This document shows, piece by piece, positions 47,700 to 60,093 of a stretch of 64,000 bases of DNA. The stretch is taken from assembly GCF_006345805.1 (NCBI RefSeq), contig NC_043021.1:15438001-15502000 (forward strand). Reading direction: 5' to 3'. The position numbers were made by a program, and so were the translations under genes. The DNA is from Octopus sinensis (taxonomy: Eukaryota). How positions within the stretch are numbered: position 1 is the stretch's first letter; each line of letters starts with the position of its first letter. The notes beneath the pieces are model-generated. The model saw only the letters and a list, made by a program, of their open reading frames with translations. It did no database searches and was not told the origin of the DNA.

Positions 47700-49150
47700 A
47701 ACTAAAAGTCAACCAAATGTTTATCACAGTTGCAAAATTTATTTGTTTTTCCTTTTTTCCATAAAAAGTTCAAATAAATATTTTTCTCAATTACAGTCTT
47801 TACAAAATTATAACGACCCACCACTTCCGTCTCTCACAATGTCCTTCAATTTCGCAATCTTTCAAGTTGGGGTGTCCCATCTCACTATATTTTTTTCTTT
47901 TTGTTTGTGTTCTTCATGTTGTCTCTCTTTGTCTCCACATTTCTGCCGTTTTATGGTTTCTTGCAATTGTGCCTGTATGTCTGTGTGTTCGTGAATTTGT
48001 GTGTCTGTGTGTTCGTTTGACTGCTATTCCATGAGCTTTGTCTGTATGTCCATGTCTTCAGGTTTCCACAATCCTGGGCTGTCCCGCTTCTATTCTGATG
48101 ACTCTGCATTGCAAGTCCTTTACTGGCAACTCCACTGGCAAATCTTCTCTGTTTCTCGTCATGGGTTAGGTTTCCTCTTCCATTGCTTTACACTTCTTCA
48201 ATGCCACTGTTGTGGGTGACATCCTTCTCTCTCTTTTCTTGGGTTTCACCTCCACAAAATTCCCATCATGTTCTGTTTTCTGTTTCTTCCTTCTTACCAA
48301 CATTATATCTTCCTGAACACTCTCCTTCACCATTTCCACTGCCGCTCCAGGGCATATCCTTCTCAAGTGCCCTCCTTCACCACATCCGCAACACTTTGGG
48401 GGTCTCTCCTCCAACACTATTTCCAGCCTTTCTCCGTTTGGTAATTCCAAAGTTTCTGCCATTTCGCCATAATATTTTGGGCCTACTGCACAGATTATTT
48501 CTATACCATAGCCCCAGTATTTCAATTGTTACGTTCTGCTTATTATGCCAATCCTCAGGTCTTCTCCATTCTTCCTCAGCTCTGAATTAAAAATTGCAGC
48601 TACCACCCATTCTGGGTCCATCGATGGTGGGATTCTTCCCACCCTAACCCCAACAATTCCTTTGCCCAAACAACCTGGCATTAACGTCCATTTCTCCCTG
48701 TAACATCATGTTGTCGGATTTTTTCGCCTCCTCTTCCGACACAAAGGCTACTAGTAAAGTCGCATATTTCCCTCCCCTTGTAAAGAATACCATCCCTTCT
48801 CCTATGTGTTCCTCCAACATTTCCTCTATCTCCTCCTGTGGCGCGTGCTCCATTCTCCCATTTACATTCGAAAATGTTCTGAATATTACCATCCTGCTTT
48901 CCATCTTTCTTCCTTCCTCCCCTGGTAGGGCCATTCCTATATTTGACCCCTCTCTCCTTATCATATCACAGCACTTGGTTATCCTCTTCTCATTCCACTC
49001 CATCCTCTCCAGCTTCAGCACGTGGGTCTAGGGTATCTTGACCTCCAGTAGCCTCCACATAACTTTTCATTTTTCAATAATCCATGACCACTCACCGACG
49101 GTGGCTTTGCACAAAAATTCCGCTTAGACTTCTTCAAAGACAACAAAAAT
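47700..49150 (-). mobile_element. Decayed non-LTR-type ORF1/gag-only element
   Basis: Frameshifted ORF from ATG at 49070 (MKSYVEAT...) through VRVGRIPPSMDPEWVVAA to a CX2CX4HX4C knuckle at 48352-48393; AATAAA at 47743-47738; no EN/RT follows. Confidence 0.75.
48166..49070 (-). pseudogene. Gag-like ORF1 pseudogene (RRM-like region plus zinc knuckle)
   Basis: Joins track ORFs 48644-49021 and 48166-48525 via two frameshifts and one in-frame TAA; KCCGCGEGGHLRRICP. Confidence 0.75.
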
Positions 49151-49231
49151 AGTGGCTTGGTAGCTGCTGATGCCTATCCACCTTTGAAAACATATATATT
49201 TCAAGTGAAATACATTCACTGATTTTTGAAA

Positions 49232-49445
49232 TTAGAAATAATATATTTCTAAATCTCTGAGAGAGATTTATACAGTAGCAGCTGGATAAAGTGACAGCAT
49301 GTTGTCAACTTAATGTGACAGTCCCATAAAAGGGAAGAATGCTACTGTTGTGAGACTGTCACATTAAGTTGACAACATGCTATCACTTTATCCTGCTGCG
49401 ACTGCATAAATCTCTGTGAGAGATTTAGAAATATATTATTTCTAA
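49232..49445. repeat. Foldback inverted repeat: 95-bp arms, 24-nt loop
   Basis: 49232-49326 versus 49351-49445: 88/95 paired, ungapped. Confidence 0.95.
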
Positions 49446-49464
49446 GGTGAATGTGTAAGAGAAT

Positions 49465-49797
49465 ATTACGAGTGTCTTACAAGGTCCATCAGACAAATGA
49501 ATCTGTGTTACAAGCAGGTGAAAGATGACAACTGCTGAACATTGTGAAGAAAAATAGAAAATTAAAAGCTCATCTATTATGGCCATATTTGGAGAAGTAG
49601 AGGTCTGGGAAAATGTTATCATGGAAGGTAGAATGGAGTGATCAAGATGCTGGTAAAGAATGCAATGGATGGTCAATATCATAAGTTGGTTGGACAAGGA
49701 GGGCAAGGCAGGTGGAAAACTTGCACTTAATCAGGAAGACGGTCATTATAGTGTTATCAGTATGCAGCAGGTATATGATACATAACGATGATGACCC
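49465..49797 (+). mobile_element. Decayed RTE LINE 3' fragment (third lineage)
   Basis: Broken reading VSYKVHQTNESVLQ...LLNIVKK...IYYGHIWR...VIMEGRME...RMQWMVNI; GATGATG tail. Confidence 0.75.
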
Positions 49798-50654
49798 TGG
49801 AGGAGTTAAAGATAAGGTTGACCTTGGTCCGATTTGAACTGCAGCTAAATATCGATAAGTATACTTAGAAGTCAACATTCTTTGTATATACTTCATCCTC
49901 CTGTGTTCCCCACCAACACCTCACACTGTCGCTTTCTGTCCCCAGTGTGTTGAGGTTAGAAGGGTGCTCAACCGTGAATCTTTTCACCTCAATAATTACA
50001 CGGTTTCAGGTGGACTTCGTCTAATGATACAGTGAGGTAAGGTGACAGAATTGTTTAGTGGTTAGTGGAAGCATCAGTCTGGCTTGTGTTTCACTCAATG
50101 CTTGATATTCAAAGATAATGATATTGCTTACAGCCATGATCAGCACCATGACCAACACCATCAAATTATAGTTGTTAATATCTGTTATCAAAATAATTAA
50201 AAAAGACCCCAAAAAAAAAAAAAAAAGTAATTTTCAGAAGTTTATTTTTTTTGTTTGTGTGTTTTGTTTTGTTTGTTAAACAAACATTAGAACTGACCAA
50301 AGACAAATAAAAAAATTTTTTTTTTTAAATTTAAATAAATAATTTATTCTTGGTCTGTTTTCACAAGAAAGACCATCCTCCATCCGACCCGACGCCAGGC
50401 CCACCTCACAAAAAAAAAAAAAGAGGGGAAGAGGTAAAGATGATTTCTTTTTTTTTTTTTTTAGTTGGTAGGCATTCTGTAAAAATAGTATTTAATTTTA
50501 GTACAAAAATATTCATTTAAGAAAACAATGTCTTTTTTTTTCCTCCTCTTTTGTTTTCTAAATTTGTCGTCAGATATGAAACAAAAGAGTTTATAATTAA
50601 AACTGTTAATGAATTTTTACATAATGATTAGAAGGAAAGAAAGGAAAAAGTACA

Positions 50655-51262
50655 TGCTATCATCATCGTCATCATCATCATCATCATCATTATTATTTTC
50701 ATTATTAAAGATATAACGACTTTGCTTGCAGGGGAAATAAGCCATTTTTAATTCAAGCCAGTTTGATATTAATGTTATAACAATTATTTCCCTTGTTACA
50801 CATGAGTTCTTTCTTTTGCTTTTCTTTCTCTTTGTTTCTCTGTTGTCATTTTTGATTTTTTTTTTTTTGTATGTTGGTAAGCAGACATTTGTTTATTGAC
50901 ATAGAAAAGGGTTAGCATCAAAACAGAGAACACCGTCAACACCATCATCATCATAATCACCACCACTACTAATTCTATCACCATCATCATCACCGCCATT
51001 CACCACCACCACCACTACTACTACTATCATCATTGTCATCTTCATCCTCATAATAGTTACCACCTGTCACAGCCTTATTACTGCTATCTCCATTATCATC
51101 ACTGCCACCACCACCACCACTTCTGTTATCATAATTTACTTTATCACCACCACCACCACTATCATTATGATCATCATCATCATCATCATTTCCTACCTTC
51201 ATCATCATCATCATTACTGCAGCTGCCACCACCACTGTTGTTGTCATCACCACCACCACCAG
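50655..51262. repeat. (CAT/CAC)-rich low-complexity tracts
   Basis: Seen directly. Confidence 0.85.
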
Positions 51263-51284
51263 TATTGGGGGCCATGACAGATAC

Positions 51285-51415
51285 TACCACCTTGGGCCAG
51301 AGTGGATCTAAGAGTTGTGCTAACTAAGGTATCACTCCACACATTTTAGACTTCTGAATGCTCAAGCTGGAACCTCACCACCATATGCAGTATAATGTCT
51401 TGCCTGGGACAATAT
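51285..51415 (+). repeat. Family I copy
   Basis: Similar to 17080-17200. Confidence 0.5.
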
Positions 51416-51669
51416 TTCTACATCCTGGTGCATATCCTGGTGCCAAGAAGATATATATATTAACTATTGGATGTTCATTATTTCTTAAGTGTTTCTGCCC
51501 TTCAACAAGTTTTTGTTGTGTCAAATTGCTCTCAAGTGCTGTCGGTAACATGTAACCCTATACAACCTGTTACATGGTCATCAATGACTAAACTGCTTTT
51601 TCCCTCAAACTTGCTTGGTGAAAAGTGGGAGTTACGGGATGTCCTGCAGGACAGAAAAACATACACACA

Positions 51670-51700
<31 letters not shown>

Positions 51701-51832
51701 CATGCATGCGTGCATGCATAAACACATATATATCCTTCTTTTGATGCTTGTCTTTATCTATGCTGGCATGAGTTTGTAAGTCTTATTGACATTATCTTAC
51801 AGCTGGGTGCCCTCTCTAAAAGCTGTGCATAG

Positions 51833-51945
51833 AGCGAACCTTAGGTTTCCCAAATGGTTACCCAATCTAAGTAAAAACTAAGCTCAATGCTGCTTAACAT
51901 CCAGAGGAAAACCCAGTTTGTTCATCATGGAAAAGACTGATAGTA
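51833..51945 (-). pseudogene. Decayed 5S rRNA-like sequence (5S pseudogene or SINE3 head)
   Basis: Minus strand reads CCATGATGAACAAACTGGGTTTTCCTC...GTTAAGCAGCATTGAGC...TACTTAGATTGGGTAACCATTTGGGAAACC, collinear with the recalled metazoan 5S sequence including boxes A and C. Confidence 0.55.
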
Positions 51946-52509
51946 AGTGGTGCTTATGTGTGTATATATATATAGTGTGCATGATAACTATCTTGAAATG
52001 TGCACGCTATAACTCTTTAGATCATACACTCTAGATAATTGTCATCTCTGCATACACACGCACAAACATGCTACACCGTGGTCACACATACACACATGCA
52101 CACACATCCTTCACCAACTTCTCATGCACACACAGACAGACACACGCATGCACACGGTCAGTCATTTTCCTGCTTGTGAAGTTGTTCCGATTCCAGGGTT
52201 GAGAAATTTTTCTTTCAATCCTGAGTAAAATGGAAGCAGCTGGGACGTGTTTGTTTTGATGTTGTCAAGTTTCAACATGAACTTGTCTACCCTCTTAACA
52301 CATCCATCCCTTGACTCTTTAATCACTCATCATTAACTGTAACCCTCATGATATAACCCCCACCCTCTCTCTCCAAATACATACACAGTCACACACTAAT
52401 AACAGCAGTGTTGAAAGATTTTTTTTAACCTTTTTATTTTACAATTAAATTTTTTTTTTTTTACTTTAAAAGAATTTAAAGTGAAAATAGTTTAAAATCA
52501 TTTATAGGT

Positions 52510-52650
52510 ACAGGCTTCTCAATGTCATGGTTCTTGGTTCAATCCTACTGCATTACACCTTGAGGCAAGTGTCTTCTTCTGTAAGCCCTGAGCTGATCAA
52601 AGCCTTGTGGTTGGATTTGGTAGACGGAAACTGAAAAAAGTTCATCATAT
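52510..52650 (+). mobile_element. Decayed family A, 5' half
   Basis: GGCAAGTGTCTTC...GGATTTGGTAGACGGAAACTGAAA. Confidence 0.75.
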
Positions 52651-52667
52651 ATATGTATGTATGTATG

Positions 52668-52746
<79 letters not shown>

Positions 52747-52747
52747 A

Positions 52748-52778
<31 letters not shown>

Positions 52779-52809
52779 TAATAGAAATGTTAAGATAACA
52801 ATAGAATGA

Positions 52810-53210
52810 CCCTTTTAGGGTCGATAAATTAAGTACCAGTCAAATAAATTAAGCACCAGTCAACTATCCCCTCCCCACAAATTCCAGGCCTTGTGCCTAG
52901 AATAGAAAGGAGTATTACTACAACTACTACTACTACTACTATTAAGGTGAGCTGGTAGAATTGTTAGTGCAGCATTTTATGCCCATCTTTACATTCCGAG
53001 TTCAAATTCAGCCAAGATTGACTTTGCCTTTAATCCTTTCAGGGATTTCACCTGTCTTCACTTTCTGAGTTCAAATTCCACTGAGGTCAACTTTGCTTTT
53101 CACGCTTTCAGGGTCGATAAAATAAGTACCAGTTGAACACTAGGGAGGGTCAGTGTAATCGACTCATCCCTGTCCCCCAAAATTGCTGCCCTTGCATCAA
53201 AATTTGAGAC

Positions 53211-53273
<63 letters not shown>

Positions 53274-53292
53274 TATTATTATTATTATTATT
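52810..53292 (+). mobile_element. Plus-strand B2 cluster with an internal duplication and (ATT)n tail
   Basis: GAGTTCAAATTC...GACTTTGCCTTT occurs twice (about 52998 and 53067). Confidence 0.8.
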
Positions 53293-53699
53293 TACACTTG
53301 AAACATTCCTGATGTTATCTACTTTATCTCCATGGCTTAATGAATGTCTGTCAATCACTTGAAGATGAAATAAGGCACCTTCGTGCCACCCTTCTTTCTA
53401 TTCCACTATACACCACACAGCTCCACCCCACACCGTTCTGCTGCTACACTGTGGTCGGAAGTAAATTACAGTAATTTCTATAAGACACATTGTGGTCGCA
53501 GTGCATGACTTGGAGGCATTTCTCAAGACATTAGGTACCTTTCAGCATGAACAGTGGCGAGTGGAGTGTGTAAGCAGTGATTCACCAGAGTGCGGGGTTA
53601 AGAAAAATGCACTCTCTGCCACGTAACGGGCTTTCCATTCCGTAACATCAAATTAGAAACAGTCGGCAAGTTTTTTGACATAATCAATCTACTATATAC

Positions 53700-53719
53700 A
53701 CACAGGCATGCACACACAT

Positions 53720-53760
<41 letters not shown>

Positions 53761-53765
53761 CATAC

Positions 53766-53821
<56 letters not shown>

Positions 53822-54079
53822 ATATATATATATAATGTATGTATGTGAATATGCCTATGTGTATATACATATATGTGTGTGTGTGTATATATATATATAC
53901 ACACACACACACACATATATGTATATACACATAGGCATATTCACATACATACATTATATATATATTACATAGATATGTGCATTATGTGTGTGTGTATATA
54001 TATATATAATATATATATATATAATATATATATATATACACACACACACATATATATACACACACACGCATATATATAT

Positions 54080-54110
<31 letters not shown>

Positions 54111-54295
54111 CACACACACACATATATATATATATAGAGAGAGATACAAATATATTTTTGTGTCTTATGTAACTTTCTGGGCACACACAGACACACACAC
54201 ATACACACACACACCTGACTGAACATTGCCTTATAATCAACTGCATCATTAACTTCTTAAAAGAAGAAAAAATATGTATGTATATATATATATGC
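53700..54295. repeat. Compound (TG)n/(TA)n/(CA)n microsatellite
   Basis: Seen directly. Confidence 0.95.
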
Positions 54296-54419
54296 ATCTA
54301 TTTTTAGTCATTTTTCTTTTGGTCTGGAACCAAATTCACCCCCATCCCCCTTTTATCATCTACCATAACCTCACTACTACCATAACCACTACATCCTTGA
54401 GTCACTGAACTGTATGTGA

Positions 54420-54900
54420 GCCAACGAGGGGGGCTTCTACGTGGTCGCTCAACTTTGCTAGAAATAGCAGACAAATGTCCCTCAGTTAAGCACTTACTGT
54501 CTGAGATAAAAAGGGGAAAAGATGTTTTGGATTATGTGGAGTGGATTGCTTGTGAATAGAAAAAACTGTAATGGTCATGGCTGGAATGCCTTTAATCATA
54601 AGTCTTCTCAGTCAAGGTTGATTGATCTGGAACCTAAGAAACAAGTTGAAGCCACTGGTGGTGGTGGTGGTTGACTTCCTTGAAATGGCAACCAACTCCC
54701 TCTCGAAAATAGTTCAGTTTCATATTAAGAAAGGATACATTGAATAATGTAGTCCTTGATATACTACTCGTAAACCACGCACACACACACACACACACAC
54801 ACAGAGGCAGGATGACTTCACTTTTTACTCAGATTCAAAATAACTACTGTAGCACGGTTGACCTTGGATCTAAACTAGAACAGCAACCCCAATTAGCGTG
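54420..54900 (-). repeat. Family H copies
   Basis: CTACGTGGTCGCTCAACTTTGCTAGAAATAGCAGACAAAT...GGCTGGAATGCCTTT. Confidence 0.6.
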
Positions 54901-55132
54901 CCAGTAGTTCGTTAGGCCTTTCACGATGTGCTGCATTCATTAGTATCATTAACATTTCATAGGTGACACACAGAACATTTCATGCTCAACACGCACTCAC
55001 CTAATTATTTATTTTCTTTCTTTTACTTGTTGCATTCATTGGACTGCGGCCATGCTGGGGCACTGCCCTGAAGGGTTTAGTTAACCAGATTGACCCCAGT
55101 ACTTTAACATTCGGATTTCTGTGTCAAATGAT

Positions 55133-55430
55133 GATCATCATCATTTAACGTCTGCTTTCCGTGCTAGCATAGGTTGGACTCCGTGAGTGTAGTGGGTGCT
55201 TTTTACGTGCCACCGACACAGGTGCCAGACGAGGCTGGCAAACGGCCATGCTCGGATGGTGCTTTTTACATGCCACCGGCACAGAGGCCAGGTGAGGCTG
55301 GCAATGGCCATGATCGGATGGTGTTTGTTATGTGCCACCGGCACGGAGGCCAGTCGATGCGGTGCTGGCTACGGCCACATTCAGATGGTTCTCTTATGTG
55401 CCACCGACACTGGTATCACAACTACAAATT
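55133..55430 (-). mobile_element. Family C with three to four units and an internally deleted tail
   Basis: Repeated GTGCCACCGRCAC...GGTGCTTTTTA units; the tail lacks the GGAAGGGCATCC block. Confidence 0.85.
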
Positions 55431-55435
55431 TCATC

Positions 55436-55726
55436 TGCTTATTTATTCACAATGTTTTGAATTAATCATGCATTATCTTGTAGCTTTAAAATTTCAATGA
55501 TGTGATTGTATATTTTTAGAATGACATTGTAGGGTAGGTGTGAGAAGTTGGATCTGGCTAGTTTAAACAGTAACCCTTTAGCATTCAGATTATTCGGTCA
55601 GATATAATGCTTATTTATTCACATTGTTTTGAATTAATCATGCATTATCTTCTAGCTTCAAGATTTCAAGGGTGTGTTTGTACATTTTTAGAATGACACT
55701 TTAGGGTAGGTGTGAGAGGCTGGATT
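55436..55726. mobile_element. Two tandem partial P1 MITEs
   Basis: TTTGAATTAATCATGCATTATC occurs twice; the second copy begins TAA|CCCTTTAGCATT at 55574. Confidence 0.85.
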
Positions 55727-55734
55727 AGAAATAC

Positions 55735-56085
55735 AGGTGCAGGCACAGCTGTGCGGTAAGAAGTTTGCTTCCTAACCACTTGGTTTTGGGTTCAGTCCCA
55801 CTATATGGCACCTTGAGCAAGTGTCTTGTACAGTAGCCCTTTTTTAAGTGGGTTTGGTAGGCAGGAGCTGGAAGAATCCTGTTGTGTGTGTATCTACCCC
55901 CCTCCCTGCTCGACAACTGGTGTTGGTTTGTTTATGTCTCACGTAACTTAACAGTTTGGCAAAAGAGACTGGTAGAATAAATACCAGGCTTTAAAAAAAA
56001 TAAGTCCTAGGATTGATTTGTTCAACTAAAATCCTTTAGGGTGGCACCCCAGCATGGCCACAGTCCTATGACAGAAACAAGTAAA
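55735..56085 (+). mobile_element. Family A copy with almost no internal microsatellite
   Basis: Head, CORE-like block and tail present. Confidence 0.8.
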
Positions 56086-56159
56086 TGGCAAAGAGAGTTC
56101 TGGTTCAAATCATGGTCTGTGTACATGTCCTTAAATAAGACACCACCTGATGATGGTTG

Positions 56160-56327
56160 GCATTTAAACTGGCCAGATCCAACCTCTCGCACCTACCCTA
56201 CAATGTCATTCTAAAAACAAACAATGACATCATGCATTATTTCAAAGCTATGAGCTAATGCATGATTAATTAAGAATTTTAATGAATAAGCATTATATTT
56301 GACAGAGTTAATTTGAATGCTGAAGGG
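56160..56327. mobile_element. Partial P1 MITE in opposite orientation
   Basis: Ends GAATGCTGAAGGG|TTAA. Confidence 0.8.
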
Positions 56328-56439
56328 TTAACGATAAGATCAGTGACTGTCTGTAAAAATTACAACCAAATTAACAACAACAACAACAACATATTCTCAG
56401 ACATTTTCACAATTATTTCAAGGATTTTTTTATGTATTT

Positions 56440-57305
56440 ATTTTTATTACTTTTACCTGGACTTCACCACCACCGTCGCCATTACTGCCACCACCACCAT
56501 CACCATCGTCATCACTGCCACCACCACCACCACCATCGTCATCACCACCACTGCCACCATCATCATTGTCAAGACCACCAAGTTCATTGTAATCATCATT
56601 GTCACCACCACCACCATTGTCATCATCTTTCTTCATTGTCATCATTAGCGTCGTCATATTAAATCTCCAGTCCTGCCCACCACCACCTATTACTACTCTC
56701 TCTCTGAGCTGATGTCATTTGCTAGATGCAACATTATTGCTTAACCAACTATCTCCTGCCTCCCCACTTCCCCCCTCCGCACACTGATTGTGGTGGTGGT
56801 GTTGGTGGGTCTGCTTATTTATTGTGAATGTTATTGTAAGTTCTGGTAACATGTTATTGAAAAAACAAACACACCAAGGTGGGATGGGGGGGGGGGGGCA
56901 AAACACAAAAAAAAAAGAAATTTTTTTTCCAGCAAACTGATTGTCAGCATATATTGCTATTCTTGTCATCGTCGTCATCACTATCATTACCATCAGCATC
57001 ACCACCGTTATCAGTGTTGTCATCATCACCACCACCACCACGGCCATAATCATCATCATCATCGCAATCACCACCACCAACACCACCATCATTGTTTTCA
57101 TCACTATCATCATTGTCAAGACACCATCTTTATCATAATCATCACTGTCTCCACCACCACCATCATCATCATCATCTTCGTCAGCATCATCATATTAACT
57201 GACATTTTTTGTAATGGTCAATGCAGTTACCAGCATCACACCACCACCATCATCCCCATTGCCACCACACCCAACATCATCAGCATCTTAATTGCTCTCA
57301 TCATC
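56440..57305. repeat. (CAC/CAT)-rich low-complexity tracts
   Basis: Seen directly. Confidence 0.85.
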
Positions 57306-57897
57306 CTTATCTAAATTGAATCAGGCAGTTTAGACAAAAGTCCTGCAGATAAACAGACCAACTTACTCATTAGTCAAAGACTAATTAGTAGCTCTTGTCT
57401 GTCTATCCTACCACCCTGCCCCTCTCTGTCCACCCTTCTCCATACCTGGGTCTGAGTAAATTGAACAACCTGACATTTGATAATCTCCTCGCTTATGTGG
57501 AAAATGTATCAAATTATAAAGAGAGGTCAGTCTCCGTTACCATGGTTACATAATTTCATTATCGTCAATTTACCTTGCTTGAATTTTTACCTGTTCACTT
57601 GAGTATGAAAACAAGTATGTATGCAGTCATGTGACCTGCTTGAAATAGTAGCTACATTTCCTTCAAATTGTGATCTGCTGTTTTAAATAATAGGACACGT
57701 TAAATGATTTCATTCCGTATACCTCCATAAAATCAAGTTGGTCATAGTGGAGTGTGCCTTTGAACATAGATAAGTCTGCTGGACACCAGGCTTGGCCTGG
57801 GGTTAAATGATGCTAACCACATCTCAGGTTGTCCTGCTACTAATTAACCTAGGTGCAAAGGTGGACAGTGGAGAGGTGGATGGTTTTGAATATTTCC

Positions 57898-58245
57898 ATT
57901 GTCAAGCCAAGTGAAATTGTAGTCATGGCACAGCTGGTACATAAAAAGCACCCCTTGAACATTGGGCCTCACAGAGGCAGTGACAAGTGACCAAAACCTT
58001 TGGCAGTATAGTGTGTTTGAGAAGATCTGTGAAGCCAAGTCAGAATGTAGTTGTGGCCAATGTCAGTGTTACATAACTGGCACTCGTACTGGTGGTATGT
58101 AGAAAGCACTCACTACACTCTTGGAGTGGTTGGCATTAGGAAGGTGTAGAAACTATGCCAAATCAGACTGGAACCTTGTGCAGCTGCCCAGCTTACCAGT
58201 TTTCATTTAAACTGTCCAACTCATGCCAGCATGGAAAACGGATGC
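57898..58245 (+). mobile_element. Older family C variant with a long unit
   Basis: GAAATTGTAGT leader occurs twice; GGAGTGGTTGGCATTAGGAAGG tail. Confidence 0.7.
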
Positions 58246-58254
58246 TGGGTTACT

Positions 58255-58490
58255 GAAGGTTAGGGTGGTGCACTCAACAGTCGCAAGACCACGGTTTCAA
58301 TTCCCAGACCAGGTGGTGCATTGTGTTCTTGAGCAAAACACTTCATTTCACGTGGGTCCAGTCCACTTAGCTGTTACTGTGTAACCCTGCAATGACCTGG
58401 CCTCCTGTTCAAGGGCAATGTTGTCACCTCGGTCACCTATATGCCATGGAAACCGAATAACCAGCCCTGTGTGATTTAGGACTTGCAGCA
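58255..58490 (+). mobile_element. SINE family E
   Basis: GGTTTCAATTCCC B-box-like motif, GAGCAAAACACTTCATTTCACG, CCCTGCAATGACCTGG V-like block. Confidence 0.7.
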
Positions 58491-58807
58491 ATAATTGCTT
58501 TTGATGGTTGAGGTTACAACTGTTGCTACTGCAGTTCTTGTTCTTGGCTGTTTAACCTCAGATCAACTCTGATTGAAATACATTTAGGATCATCAAAGGT
58601 GTCCCTTGAGGCTGTAATTCCATTTGGTCCATGGTTATTGCTAATTACATGCCATACAGCTGTAATCAGGAAGCCTCTCAATGTGGTTGCTTGAGAGCTC
58701 TAAAAAAGCAGCTAAATCTTTCTCAAAACATCCTGCCTTCTTTAAAACAACAACAAAAAAAAGCATGAGATACACTGGATTATATAGAAATAAGTTCACA
58801 AGTCCAT

Positions 58808-59045
58808 TTAACAAACGCAGGACCCAACATCATCTTTGGCATAATTTCTATAGCCAGATGCCCTTCCTAATATGCCAACCACTTTTAAAAAATCATGAAG
58901 TATTCTGGATTAGTTAGTAATGAGTACTCAATTACATTAAACAAACACAGGACCCGATGTCATCTTTGGCATGGTTTCTATGGCTGGATGCCCTTCCTAA
59001 TATGCCAACCACTTTACAAAGTATACAGGGTGTTCTCTGTGTGTC
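58808..59045 (-). repeat. Tandem duplication (~131-bp period) of a C/RTE tail fragment
   Basis: AACAAACRCAGGACCC...GATGCCCTTCCTAATATGCCAACCACTTT occurs twice. Confidence 0.8.
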
Positions 59046-59295
59046 ACTGCATTGGATTTTAATTGATGACAAGGGAGTTGTCATCATTTTCTTTGCTTGA
59101 TATTGTATAACAAGGCAGTGTTATCTGTGCTGAAGTGCAATATTCATATCAGTCATAGGCAGATAATATGTAAATAAAGTTTATGACCTTCACAAGGGCT
59201 TTGATAATTTTCCAAGAAATTTCTAGAAGGAAAATCTAAAGCTCACGAAGCAGTTTCGATGTTTGACTAAATATAGAGAGCAGAGGATAATAAAC

Positions 59296-59326
<31 letters not shown>

Positions 59327-59542
59327 TAATTATGCAAAATACTTTCTATGTAATCTCAAGTTTTAAAACAAACATAATTTTCGTATGTTTTTTTTTTTTT
59401 TTAGACATTCACTAGTACAACACTAAATACAAAACCAAATATATGGCACACTAGGCATAACAACAACATGGACTTCCAACCTGTTGTCTCTTGAGGTCTC
59501 TGGGTGAGACTTGGAGCTAACTTGTACAAAAATAATGGTAAT

Positions 59543-60093
59543 AATCCTTTTCTGCCATAGGCACAAGGCCTGAAATTTTGCAAGAGGAGACTAGTCAATT
59601 ACACTGACCCCAGTGTTTCGCTGGGGCTTATTTTATTGACTCCGAAAGGATGAAAGGCAAAGTCAACTTTAGCAGAATTTAAACTCAGAACAGGCGAAAT
59701 ACTGCCAAGTACTTTGCCCGGTGTACCACTGATTCTGCCAGCTTGCTGCCTTAATAATAATAAAAATAATAATAGTAATAACCTTTTTTACTAATGGCAC
59801 AAGACCTGAAACTTGGGGGAAGAGGACTAGTCAAATACACTGACCCAGTGTTTCACTGGTACTCAATCTATTGACCCCGGAAGGATGAAAGGCAGAATCA
59901 ACCTCGGTGGAATTTGAACTCAGAACATAAAGACAGACGAAATGCCACTAAGCATTTTGCCTGGTGTGCTAATGATTCTGCCAGCTCACCGCCTTGTCGA
60001 TGATGATGATGATGATCCTTTCTACTAAAAGCACAAGGTCAGAAATCAGCGGGGGTGGGGCGACTAGTTGATTATATCGACTCCAGTGTTTTA
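59543..60093 (-). mobile_element. Head-to-tail array of three B2 SINEs
   Basis: Copies at about 59543-59752, 59780-59995 and 60015-60093. Confidence 0.85.

Noticed and set aside
53468-53530. Glyoxalase-like motif HIVVAVHDLEAF
   Set aside because: Too short, and the rest of the frame shows no similarity; likely chance.
57533-57550. RFX X-box-like palindromes (also about 9878 and 10656)
   Set aside because: Each mismatches the consensus, and they are scattered over 48 kb; compatible with chance.
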